This document shows, in pieces, positions 8,196 through 17,332 of a stretch of DNA of 62,019 nt. Under the pieces are notes generated by a model. The model searched no databases, had not been told where the DNA came from, and saw only the letters and a program-made list of their open reading frames with translations. The stretch comes from Clostridia bacterium. Its GTDB lineage: Bacteria > Bacillota > Clostridia > UBA1381. The translations under genes and the position numbers were made by a program. The stretch lies in contig JAXEIW010000042.1 in the NCBI GenBank assembly GCA_034101885.1, forward strand, positions 1 through 62,019, given 5' to 3'. How positions within the stretch are numbered: position 1 is the first letter of the stretch; each line of letters starts with the position of its first letter.

Positions 8196-9356
8196 ATGAA
8201 AACAGCTGTTATAATCTGTGAATACAATCCCTTTCACAACGGGCATAAATTTCAAATTGATGAAGTAAAAAAAGAATATAATGCCGTAATATGCATTATG
8301 AGCGGTTCCTTTGTTCAGAGAGGCGATATTGCCATATACGATAAATGGACACGAGCCGAAGCCGCTTTGTTAAACGGTGCGGATTTGGTTATTGAGCTGC
8401 CGGTATGCTATGCTCTTAATACCGCCGAAAGATTTGCATACGGCGGCGTATTTCTTGCGAACAGCCTCGGCATTGCGGACGCTTTATATTTCGGTTCGGA
8501 ATCGGGAGATATTGAACGTATGAAGGCAGCTGTTGATTTGTTGACCAACGAACCGGAAAATATATCAAACGACATAAAAAATCTTGTTTCAAGCGGCATG
8601 ACATATGCAAAGGCAAGAGAAATATCTTTCAGCAAGCTTATTCCCTCCTCTTTGCTCAGCGAACCAAACAATATTTTGGGATTGGAATATATAAAAGCAT
8701 TGAAACAGCTTAAAAGCACTATTCAGCCGAAAACCATAAAAAGGGTAAGCTCACACTACCACGAAACCGAACCAACCTCAAACAGCACTTCGGCTACCGC
8801 AATAAGAAAAATCATAAAAAATAATATTAATTATTCCGTATATGTACCCGAATCCGCAAACAAGCTTTATGAAAATGCTTCCATCGCCGATATTGAAAAG
8901 TTAAATACCTTGCTTGTATATTTAATACGGACAAAATCATCAAAGGAAATATCCGAAATAAACGAGGTATGCGAAGGACTCGAAAACAGAATTATTTCCT
9001 CTGTAAAATATGCAGATACCTTCACGGGAATATGTGACTATGTAAAGTCAAAAAGATATACACTTTCGAAAATACGCAGAATAATGATGTCTTTGATTTT
9101 AAATATTGACAAGTCTTTTTCCTTTACAAACCCTCAATATGTTCGTATTCTCGGAATGAACGAAACAGGAATAAATCTTCTGTCCGAAATAAAAAAGCAT
9201 TCTCCCCTTCCCATAATTACAAAAGCAGCAGACTTTAAAGGTAAATTTGAACAGTTGGAAAAAGACATACTTTCTACCGATATACATTCATTATGTACCG
9301 ACGGAGAACACACAATAGGGCTTGACTACTTGAAATCTCCGATTATATTGAAATAA
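8196..9356 (+). CDS. tmcAL: tRNA(Met) cytidine acetate ligase (YlbM/UPF0348 nucleotidyltransferase)
   Basis: N-terminal ICEYNPFHNGH (HxGH nucleotidyltransferase motif), ~387 aa. The ATG at 8196 is 9 nt after AAGGTGG. Confidence 0.7.
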   Translation: MKTAVIICEYNPFHNGHKFQIDEVKKEYNAVICIMSGSFVQRGDIAIYDKWTRAEAALLNGADLVIELPVCYALNTAERFAYGGVFLANSLGIADALYFGSESGDIERMKAAVDLLTNEPENISNDIKNLVSSGMTYAKAREISFSKLIPSSLLSEPNNILGLEYIKALKQLKSTIQPKTIKRVSSHYHETEPTSNSTSATAIRKIIKNNINYSVYVPESANKLYENASIADIEKLNTLLVYLIRTKSSKEISEINEVCEGLENRIISSVKYADTFTGICDYVKSKRYTLSKIRRIMMSLILNIDKSFSFTNPQYVRILGMNETGINLLSEIKKHSPLPIITKAADFKGKFEQLEKDILSTDIHSLCTDGEHTIGLDYLKSPIILK

Positions 9357-9379
9357 TTTAATTTAAATCAATAAATAAT

Positions 9380-9429
9380 AAAGGCTTTACTTTTAAAAAA
9401 TGTGCTACATTTTTCTGTAAAGCCTTTTT
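9380..9429 (+). terminator. Rho-independent terminator after tmcAL (extended hairpin, usable in both directions)
   Basis: AAAGGCTTTAC ... GTAAAGCCTTT outer stem with the inner stem AAAAATGT/ACATTTTT, followed by TTTTG. Confidence 0.6.
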
Positions 9430-9456
9430 GCTTTATATATACTTGTTTTTATAAAA

Positions 9457-10290
9457 TTATATTTCTTTTTGTATTCTGCTTAAATTTTCAAATGCTTTCG
9501 ACGCTTTTTCATCGCTGATTTCTTCCGAAATTATAGGTATATCGATTTTATATTCTTTAAGCTTTTTAAATATAAGCTTATAATTTAATATGCCTTCTCC
9601 CGGTATCACATTTTTCACCGTATTGTTTTCAACAATAAAATCTTTTGCGTGAATAACGATAATCTTATCCGCAAAAAGTTCGAAAGCATTCTCTATTATT
9701 TTATCTTGATTTTGATAATTTCCGATATTTATGTAATTTACCGGATCAAAAATAACTTTAACATTTTCGGAATTTAAATCCCTAATGAGTTTTGCCATTT
9801 TTGCCGGAGTATTTATGACAAAGCAATGAACGCCTTCAATTCCGATATTAACATTATATCTTTCAGCTTCACATACAAGCTCGCCTAAATTTTTCAAAAG
9901 ATGCGTATACGCTTCTTGCGTATTGTTAAGCTTGTCCGACATAACATCGCCGTAAAATCCTGTTTCCGTTCCTACCGCATAAGGTTTTAGTATACTTGCA
10001 TATTTTATTTTTTCTTTAAATTTTTCAATATCTTTTTTTAATTCTTCGGAATTTGACGATGACGGATTGATGTAGCTTCCGAGTATGGCAATTTTCATGC
10101 CGTCCAATTCTTTTTTCAAGTTTTTGGCGTATTCCTCCGTAAATTTTCCGAATTCAAAGCCTTCTACACTTTTTTCCAACACCAGCTGCAAATAATGTAT
10201 ATCTTCATCAAAACATTTTTTACAAATATTGCTTAACCCTTTCGCCGCAACATCATGCGCTCGTATTCCTTTTTTCATAATTATTACCAT
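9457..10290 (-). CDS. Sugar phosphate isomerase/epimerase (xylose-isomerase-like TIM barrel)
   Basis: Pattern NIGIEGVH, VIFDPVNY, VIHAKDF, ~277 aa. The start is uncertain: ATG 10290 lies behind GGAAGG, and ATG 10278 is the alternative. Confidence 0.5.
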   Translation of the reverse strand: MVIIMKKGIRAHDVAAKGLSNICKKCFDEDIHYLQLVLEKSVEGFEFGKFTEEYAKNLKKELDGMKIAILGSYINPSSSNSEELKKDIEKFKEKIKYASILKPYAVGTETGFYGDVMSDKLNNTQEAYTHLLKNLGELVCEAERYNVNIGIEGVHCFVINTPAKMAKLIRDLNSENVKVIFDPVNYINIGNYQNQDKIIENAFELFADKIIVIHAKDFIVENNTVKNVIPGEGILNYKLIFKKLKEYKIDIPIISEEISDEKASKAFENLSRIQKEI

Positions 10291-10352
10291 TAACTCCTTC
10301 CACAAAACCGGATTTAAAAGAAAGCCGTCAGATTTTTAAATATATTAACTAA

Positions 10353-10381
10353 ATTATAACACACTGTATTTTAAAATTCAA
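10353..10381 (-). promoter_or_regulatory. Sigma-A type promoter with extended -10 for the isomerase gene
   Basis: The minus strand reads TTGAAT - 17 nt (ending TGT) - TATAAT. It lies just downstream of the terminator at 10402-10434. Confidence 0.6.
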
Positions 10382-10401
10382 TAGATTTTACATATTAACT
10401 C

Positions 10402-10434
10402 AAAAAAATCCAACACTTGAACGAAAGTGTCGGA
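10402..10434 (-). terminator. Rho-independent terminator ending the GH5...RraA operon
   Basis: Minus RNA is UCCGACACU-loop-AGUGUUGGA followed by UUUUUUU. The single G-U pair exists only in the minus sense. Confidence 0.8.
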
Positions 10435-10456
10435 CTTTAACTATTGTATGTTTCTG

Positions 10457-11365
10457 TTACAGCGATGACTGCGTATCGTTCGGATCTCCGTTTATTGCCA
10501 AATCATATTCCTCCGACCAATCAAGTCCTCTGTACTGTTCGGCTCTGTCATCCTTTTCGATAAAATCCATAAGCAAATCAAGCATTTCCTTTGTCCATGT
10601 ATTACGGTCTATCTGCGCTGTTGTAAATTTATTTAAGGTTATCATTTCAAATCCGAACATATCCTTAACCTGTGTCTTTGCAGCACCGCCAACAACCTCT
10701 GCAACCAGGTGACTGGGTATAAAAAGAACACCTCCGCCCGCTCCGAATACAACATCTCCCGGCAGACATATTGCATTACCTATTCTTGTGGGTGCGTTAT
10801 ATGAAAGCATTATAAAATCGCGTATCGGCGTTGGATCAATTCCTCTGTAATACGCCTGAATATTTTCAACCTTATTCATCTGTTCGGTATCGCGTATTCC
10901 TCCCCATATTACAGCGCCGCCGTTTTCATTTTTTGTTTTATTCTTAATTGCTGTTGTGAGATTGCCGCCTATAAAAGTTCCCTTATATATCTTGTCATAC
11001 ATATCTATTACAGGCACATCTCCCTCCATAAGATTATCAATTACCCACTGATTATATGTACCTGTTCTGTTTTCCGCACGTCCCGTATCCTTTACCACTT
11101 CATCGAGATCCGGGCGATATGGACAATATGATGCCGTAACCGCTCTGCCTATCAACTTTCTGCCGTCATTATGCAGCGTTTGAAATCTCCCCTCAAACTG
11201 ACTTTCGTATCCCTTTACAAAAATAGGCTTCCAAACCTCCTCAAGAGTAAGATTTTTTAAGGCTTTAAGGTATTTGTCCTCCACCTTCGGTCTGCCGTCG
11301 GGTAGTCTTTCCCCTTTCCACTGCGGTGTAACGTCAATAATATCCTCTCGTACATTAAACTTCAC
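10457..11365 (-). CDS. RraA-family protein (class II aldolase / 4-hydroxy-4-methyl-2-oxoglutarate aldolase-like), long form of 302 aa
   Basis: GGAVIWGGIRD and LPGDVVFGAGGGVLFIP resemble the RraA/HMG-aldolase signature. It has a GTG start with GGGAG upstream. Confidence 0.5.
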   Translation of the reverse strand: MKFNVREDIIDVTPQWKGERLPDGRPKVEDKYLKALKNLTLEEVWKPIFVKGYESQFEGRFQTLHNDGRKLIGRAVTASYCPYRPDLDEVVKDTGRAENRTGTYNQWVIDNLMEGDVPVIDMYDKIYKGTFIGGNLTTAIKNKTKNENGGAVIWGGIRDTEQMNKVENIQAYYRGIDPTPIRDFIMLSYNAPTRIGNAICLPGDVVFGAGGGVLFIPSHLVAEVVGGAAKTQVKDMFGFEMITLNKFTTAQIDRNTWTKEMLDLLMDFIEKDDRAEQYRGLDWSEEYDLAINGDPNDTQSSL

Positions 11366-11394
11366 TGTAATTTGCTCCCTTCATAATAGTTTTT

Positions 11395-12123
11395 TTAAAT
11401 TTTCATTCCGCCATCTATAAAAATATTTTCTCCCGTAATATATCTTCCGCTGTCTGAACAAAGGAGTAATATCTGTCCCACACAGTCAGCTGCCTTTCCG
11501 GCATATCCGCACGGAATACCCTCTAAAACACTTTTTGCATAGTCGCTGTCTGATAATGCCTCGGTGTTTCTCGGAGTTTCTATAACGCCCGGTGCAATAT
11601 TATTTACTGTAATACCAAAAGGCGCAAGCTGCTTTGCAAGATTTCTTGCCATATTTTCCTGAGCGGCCTTTGACGCGGCATATACCAGCATATCCTTATG
11701 CGGCTTTTGCTGCTGAACACTGCCTACAGTTATAATTCTTCCCCAATTCTGTTTCTTCATATAGGGTGCATACTTTTGAATTAATTTAAGCGACGCTTTA
11801 AAATTCACCGCAATTTGTTTATCAAATTCATCATCTGTAATTTCATTCCATGCTTTTCTGTATTGAATTGAAGCATTTAAAATCAGAATATCAATATCTC
11901 CCGTCGCAGCATACAGTTTTTCTGCGCAATCGGATTCGGATAAATCAACCGTTACCGGAACCGCATTACAAATTTTTTTTGCCGCAGAAACCGTCTTTTC
12001 TTCACTCGACGCACCGTTCACAAAAACAAATGCTCCAAAATCCGCAAGACATTTCGCCGCCGAAAAACCAATTCCCTGTGTAGAACCGGTAACAAGAGCT
12101 TTTTTCCCTTTTAAATCAAACAT
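11395..12123 (-). CDS. Short-chain dehydrogenase/reductase (SDR)
   Basis: TGSTQGIG (TGxxxGxG), NASI and YAASKAA (YxxxK). Confidence 0.9.
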   Translation of the reverse strand: MFDLKGKKALVTGSTQGIGFSAAKCLADFGAFVFVNGASSEEKTVSAAKKICNAVPVTVDLSESDCAEKLYAATGDIDILILNASIQYRKAWNEITDDEFDKQIAVNFKASLKLIQKYAPYMKKQNWGRIITVGSVQQQKPHKDMLVYAASKAAQENMARNLAKQLAPFGITVNNIAPGVIETPRNTEALSDSDYAKSVLEGIPCGYAGKAADCVGQILLLCSDSGRYITGENIFIDGGMKI

Positions 12124-12213
12124 ATAAATTCACCAACCTTTCTTTTATAGGTATTCAACAAAGCTTGCCTATTGTTCAACGTAATATGTAATAACATTTT
12201 TTCTTCTGAAATT

Positions 12214-12900
12214 TCAATATAATTTATTAAGTGTATCTATCAAAACTTTAATTATATACTCATATCCTTCATTCGTAGGATGTGTTCCCTCAAAAGTAAG
12301 TAACGGCAGATTGAATCTGTTAAAACCGCTTTCCGAGTACATATCTGCCACAGGACATGAATAAAATGCACCTATCTTCTTTATTGCTTCCACATAATCA
12401 AAAATTCTGTAGCCGCTTTTATTAACAGATGAAATATCATGTTTAGGAACATCACCTTTTCTATGTGTTGTATCTTTATGCATCGGAGTCATAAGCACAA
12501 CTTTCATAAGTGGATTTTGTTTGTAAATGTAATCCATAAGCTCACAAAAAGCTCCTATAAATGTATCTTCATAAGTTACCGTATTCGTATCAGGCATATC
12601 TCCTATTTTTGTTCCTCTGCTGAAATCGTTTATGCCTACAGCTATAACTGTTATATCCGCACACGATAAATCCTCATTAACCACAATGGATTTTTGATCA
12701 TTAATGCCATGTCCTCCCACTGCCGTATTCTTTACCGTTTCCATCCCTGTTCGTTCCTCAATCAAGGTCGGATATCCCCTGCAAATTTCTCCAAGCTTAT
12801 CATGATTATATAATATATTCTGATAATCATACTCATGTCCATCTTGTGCCATAATACTGTCACCTATAAAAAATATCTTTTTTCCTTTTAAATGATTCAT
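12214..12900 (-). CDS. Cytoplasmic SGNH/GDSL hydrolase
   Basis: Blocks FIGDSI, GGHG, GINDF and THPTNEGY, with no signal peptide. The start is moved to the ATG at 12900, behind GGAAAGGA. Confidence 0.8.
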   Translation of the reverse strand: MNHLKGKKIFFIGDSIMAQDGHEYDYQNILYNHDKLGEICRGYPTLIEERTGMETVKNTAVGGHGINDQKSIVVNEDLSCADITVIAVGINDFSRGTKIGDMPDTNTVTYEDTFIGAFCELMDYIYKQNPLMKVVLMTPMHKDTTHRKGDVPKHDISSVNKSGYRIFDYVEAIKKIGAFYSCPVADMYSESGFNRFNLPLLTFEGTHPTNEGYEYIIKVLIDTLNKLY

Positions 12901-12971
12901 TTTAATTTCCTTTCCACCACTCTTATGCAGCACACATTAATAACATAAAAACTTTCTCCTGTGATTTTCTG

Positions 12972-13910
12972 TCACATACTGTCCAAAATTCCTTTCAGAT
13001 AACCTATAGCAAAAAGCCTTCCCATTGCTGTATATCCTGCCGTTTCCTGTTTTTCTCCTGCCATCAGCGGGACATGGTCAACTCTTATCGGCACATCTAT
13101 TCCGCATTTTTTGTAAAGCCTTATTATGTCCGGCATATCTATAAGACCGTTATCATGAAAAGTTTCTCGGAATTTGTATTTATTCCCCAATGCATTTCTG
13201 AAATGAACAAAGAAAATTTTGTCAGCAAGCTTCGGTATAATATCATACAGATTTTCACCCATCATAAGATATGTTGCCTGACACATTGTAACGCCGAGAT
13301 TGGGACTGCTTACAATGTTTACAGCCTTATTTATATTTTCATAATTTATCATAATTCTTTCAACCTCCCCCAGTCGCTCCAAAGGAGGATCGTCGGGGTG
13401 AAGTGCAAGTTTTATATTATATTTTTCTGCATACGGTATTACGGCTTTTATAAAATACTCATAATTTTCCCACAATTCATCGGCAGTAATTTTGCAGTCG
13501 TTTGGTTTAAACTCGTCAATATCAAAACCGGTTACCTGCGCATCACCGCGCTCCTTAATATTATCGGAGGTTCTAAGCCAACCAATATGCGCCATCCAGT
13601 TGAAACATATGGTTCTTATATCAAGCTCATTCATATATTTCATCATAATTATAACCTTTTCTATGCACTCATCACGCATGGTGTCACCTGTTTTAATATG
13701 ATCATGCAGCTCATTGGGCATTGGTTCAATAACAACAGGTTTAATTCCGAAATCACTAAAATTATTATACACCGCCTTCCATTGCGAAAAATCTGTAATA
13801 TCAAAATCACTATTCTCCGGCAGTCTTATAACACCGTGCTCCACTCCGCATTGTTTTGCATAGTCCCATGTCAAATCATGTCTGCTTTTAAAATAATCTG
13901 TTAAAATCAT
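12972..13910 (-). CDS. uxuA: Mannonate dehydratase family protein (short UxuA)
   Basis: Collinear matches to E. coli UxuA: IRTICFNWMAHIGWLRTS, FIKAVIPYAEKYNIKLALHPDDPP, GVTMCQ, FFVHFRN, IRVDHVP and GYTAMGRL. The ATG at 13910 lies behind GGAGGA. Confidence 0.8.
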   Translation of the reverse strand: MILTDYFKSRHDLTWDYAKQCGVEHGVIRLPENSDFDITDFSQWKAVYNNFSDFGIKPVVIEPMPNELHDHIKTGDTMRDECIEKVIIMMKYMNELDIRTICFNWMAHIGWLRTSDNIKERGDAQVTGFDIDEFKPNDCKITADELWENYEYFIKAVIPYAEKYNIKLALHPDDPPLERLGEVERIMINYENINKAVNIVSSPNLGVTMCQATYLMMGENLYDIIPKLADKIFFVHFRNALGNKYKFRETFHDNGLIDMPDIIRLYKKCGIDVPIRVDHVPLMAGEKQETAGYTAMGRLFAIGYLKGILDSM

Positions 13911-13950
13911 AGCAATCCTCCATTCTTCCGCCATGCGGCGGCACAAATCT

Positions 13951-14055
13951 AATGTGAAAAAGAAGCAAGCAGGTCGCTCGAAAGACTGCCGCCGACGTAT
14001 GTGTATACTTCAAGGCAGGCTTTCGAGATGAGATGCGCCGCTTATTTTTCACATT
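13951..14055 (-). other. 105-nt GC-rich imperfect palindrome (long intercistronic stem-loop) between GH38-like and uxuA
   Basis: Outer arms are AATGTGAAAAAGAAGC / GCTTATTTTTCACATT (15 of 16). Inner arms are CTCGAAAGACTGCC / GGCAGGCTTTCGAG (13 of 14). It is much more GC-rich than its surroundings and has no U tract after it. Confidence 0.6.
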
Positions 14056-14061
14056 AATACC

Positions 14062-17000
14062 TCATATGTTTTCTTTTGTATATGCTGAAAATTCCTTACT
14101 CATCTCACCGCACACACCGTCACTGTTAACCGCACATACCTTATAATAATAACAAGTATGATCTTTTAAATCTTTGTCAACATACCTTCCGACCACATAT
14201 TCTTCAGGAAGAATGTCAGCCACAAATGTACTGTCGTTTGCTTCAAAATTTGCCACTTCGCTTCTGTATAATTTGTAATGCGAAAAATTCGGTTCAATAT
14301 TGTGTCCCCATAAAAGATATAACTGTCCCGGATTTTCACCTCTTGCCGCACGCGGTTCCGTTATAAGACCTGTATACACAGAACCGATAGGAGCCGGTAC
14401 CTTTTCATTATATTTATATTCCTCGATTTTGCGTTCGTCAATTAATATATTTTCCGAACTCAAACGATATGTTATAAATCCGTTGCTTTTACCGCCGGTA
14501 TAAGAACGCTCATCTACTGTGTTTCTTACCGCATTTACCTCAATATCCGCAATTTTACTCAATAATATCTTTTCGTCTTTGCCATAAAATCTTGCAATAA
14601 TACCCTTTCCGTCATCTGCGCGCTTTAACGTAATAAGTCTTAAATCTGTTTTAAAATCAACAAAGCTTTTTGAGGTTTCCGGTAAAAATCCTTTTTGTTC
14701 CGCAATATCAACAGAACAAACAGGATTTGCATATCTTTCCGCAATTTGTGGTATTTTTGCTGTTTTATAGTTTCCTGTATAGGAAGTAATTGAAAATCTG
14801 AATCTGTAATTTAAATGACTTCCGCCGGGTGAGTGCATTTGAAGCCAGTCATTTGCAGCATAGACATACATTTGCGAGCCTTCTCCCGCATTTGCAAAAT
14901 CTGTTTTATCGGAATGTATATGATCAAATTCAACCAATTGGGAATCAAGCATCATCAATGCTGCTCCAAAATTATCGTTTTGACTGCAACACCATTCATT
15001 TACCGCCATATACACATCTGTTCCGTGTCCTGTTACATCCTTTGCATATTCCGCTGTCGTTCCGTTTAAATGACAGATTCTATCCGCATTTTCAACCAAG
15101 AAAGGAAATGCAAAGTAGATATAACGATAATATCTGTTATTGTTAATCATATCCTTAGCATGATAAATCTTATTATCTATATCGATTCGTTTTTCAAAAT
15201 TTAACAGAACTATTTCCTGAATCATGTCACATTTTAACTGCTTATGTGTAGTCTTAATTTTAACAATGGTTTTTTCCTGTTCCTCTGCCACCTCAAATTC
15301 CGCTTTTTCACAAACGAAAAATGTTTTATGATTATCATTTGTGTAAACCATTTCATTTGCGCCGTATAAACAGTTTTTATCAATCAGCTCTCTGTTTAAC
15401 TCTTTATCGAAAATTGATTTTATCGCACCGTTTTCGGAAAATGAAACTCTGTAAAACTTATTTTCAATTATAGGCAAACTTACCGTTTTTTTCACCGTTT
15501 TCTCTGTCTTTAAAAAGCTCGATTCGGAAACTGTGGTATATCCCATAGGCGGAACAGTTACAAATTCATACTTATCATCCTTTTCAATAAGCTCTGTTCT
15601 GTTTTGCAGTGTTTGATTAAATACAACGGTTTTATTCTCGTCAGTCATAATCTTTGATGCAATATAACATACGGCATCCGACATTTCTTTTTTTGCTGTC
15701 TTTGCTGCCTTGTCTATCCAATCATTATGCTGCATCCATGTTTCATACACTCTTCTGCCCTGATATCCGCTCGTTCCGTAGGAATGTTCATCGTTATATA
15801 AAAGATAATCCCAAGCTCTGCGAAAATCAGTTGACGGATATTTATATGTGTTGCCGACAAGTGAGGCGATTGTAGACCATTTTTCTGCCGTAGGCAATGT
15901 TCTGTCCGCCTCAAACTTTTTAGACAGAATTTCAGGTGTTGATATGGGATGTTGATACCAACCGCCTGTGATGTCACCTTTTAAAACCGGAATTTTATCG
16001 TCATATTTATTTTTCAAAATTTCAAAAGGCTTATCAGGATTACCCAAAGTCCTGATTTGCGGAAACTTCCATTTTTTATTCCATTCTTTAATAGTTTTTG
16101 TCAGGTTAAGACTTGGTTTCTGATCATCACCATAACAAGCGGCAAGCCATATATCGTATGGATATTTTCTTTCCATATCCGGCAGCATTTTTGATATTTT
16201 CTGTTCCATTACACGTATTGAATGTTCACTGACTTCTTTTGAAGGATATATTCCGAATGCTTCGCATCCCCATTCATACTGTGCGCTTCCCCAAACCAAA
16301 ATATGGTTTTTATTCTCATCTTCCCAATAAAAAACCATTGGCAGCTCCGAATCATAACGTACATCTATCCTTGAGCCGCCTCCGCCGGCGTTTGTTGACC
16401 ATAGACAGCCTGCAGATATAGTCCTGTCCATATCCCAAACGGTTGAGGGCAAAGGATTCCATTGATTCGGTGCAAATATAATATTTTTAATTCCTGCTTC
16501 TGTATAAGGTTGTATCAAAGATGCCGACAGCCCGTTATTGTCAATCATTGACATGGTTTCGCTGCTTATATCCCATTCCTCCGATAAACGTTTTTTCTCA
16601 TATGCGCTTCGACACATTTCTTCCAACCCGTATGTTTGTGTATGATTTCCTGCCACTGCGCAGCAAACGCCTATCTTATCTTTTTTTATGTAATTATTGA
16701 CAAGATTTTTTTTATCATCAGAACCTCGATCCATTCGGTAATTATTTAAAAACCAAGTGCCCTCCATTGTATAACGGTATTGATCGAGTTCCTCTTCGTT
16801 CTTTGTTTCATCGCAAAGCTTCATTGCCTCATCCGTAAATTTGCTGCTGTTAGCTCTCTGAATATATTGCGAATTATGCAAGCCTATGTCTGTATGAGAA
16901 GAAATCATTATATAGAAAGTCCATTCCCTCGGTTTTGTCCATACAGTACAACATTCATACACTGCATTTTTATTTTTGTCCGTAATTCTCCAAACAGCAT

Positions 17001-17217
17001 TAAACTCATTCTTCTGAACAGGCAGCATAACATATGTCTTTCCTTTTCCGCTTGCAAAGGCTATCGGAATGTTTTCTGCAATTGTTTTTCCGTCATTGTA
17101 TACATTCAAAAACAAATGCACTGTCGTATTTACTATATACTCTATTGTTATTAACTGTAAATTTTCTTCGGTTACCATCGATACCGTATTAATTTTTAAT
17201 TCTTTTATTTTAATCAT
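14062..17217 (-). CDS. GH38-like glycoside hydrolase (putative alpha-mannosidase) with C-terminal FN3 domain and no signal peptide
   Basis: FYIMISSHTDIGLHN (the HxD metal site of the GH38 N-domain) and MIDNNGLSASLIQPYTEAGIKN (compare DPFGHS...AGI). The C-terminus SHYKLYRSE...YYYKVCAVNSDG is FN3-like. Confidence 0.5.
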   Translation of the reverse strand: MIKIKELKINTVSMVTEENLQLITIEYIVNTTVHLFLNVYNDGKTIAENIPIAFASGKGKTYVMLPVQKNEFNAVWRITDKNKNAVYECCTVWTKPREWTFYIMISSHTDIGLHNSQYIQRANSSKFTDEAMKLCDETKNEEELDQYRYTMEGTWFLNNYRMDRGSDDKKNLVNNYIKKDKIGVCCAVAGNHTQTYGLEEMCRSAYEKKRLSEEWDISSETMSMIDNNGLSASLIQPYTEAGIKNIIFAPNQWNPLPSTVWDMDRTISAGCLWSTNAGGGGSRIDVRYDSELPMVFYWEDENKNHILVWGSAQYEWGCEAFGIYPSKEVSEHSIRVMEQKISKMLPDMERKYPYDIWLAACYGDDQKPSLNLTKTIKEWNKKWKFPQIRTLGNPDKPFEILKNKYDDKIPVLKGDITGGWYQHPISTPEILSKKFEADRTLPTAEKWSTIASLVGNTYKYPSTDFRRAWDYLLYNDEHSYGTSGYQGRRVYETWMQHNDWIDKAAKTAKKEMSDAVCYIASKIMTDENKTVVFNQTLQNRTELIEKDDKYEFVTVPPMGYTTVSESSFLKTEKTVKKTVSLPIIENKFYRVSFSENGAIKSIFDKELNRELIDKNCLYGANEMVYTNDNHKTFFVCEKAEFEVAEEQEKTIVKIKTTHKQLKCDMIQEIVLLNFEKRIDIDNKIYHAKDMINNNRYYRYIYFAFPFLVENADRICHLNGTTAEYAKDVTGHGTDVYMAVNEWCCSQNDNFGAALMMLDSQLVEFDHIHSDKTDFANAGEGSQMYVYAANDWLQMHSPGGSHLNYRFRFSITSYTGNYKTAKIPQIAERYANPVCSVDIAEQKGFLPETSKSFVDFKTDLRLITLKRADDGKGIIARFYGKDEKILLSKIADIEVNAVRNTVDERSYTGGKSNGFITYRLSSENILIDERKIEEYKYNEKVPAPIGSVYTGLITEPRAARGENPGQLYLLWGHNIEPNFSHYKLYRSEVANFEANDSTFVADILPEEYVVGRYVDKDLKDHTCYYYKVCAVNSDGVCGEMSKEFSAYTKENI

Positions 17218-17332
17218 AGTTTCTTACCTCATCAATAAAATATAATATCAAAATTATGTTAAATGACTTTTTCCTCTATATTATTATGTATGTAACTATT
17301 TTCATTTTTTTATACTTTTCAAATTTATTCGA

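Noticed and set aside
13074-13904. 276-aa + strand ORF
   Set aside because: It lies entirely antisense inside the well-supported uxuA CDS. The translation is I/F/K/N/Y-rich low complexity, typical of the mirror frame of AT-rich genes. There is no SD and no recognisable motif.
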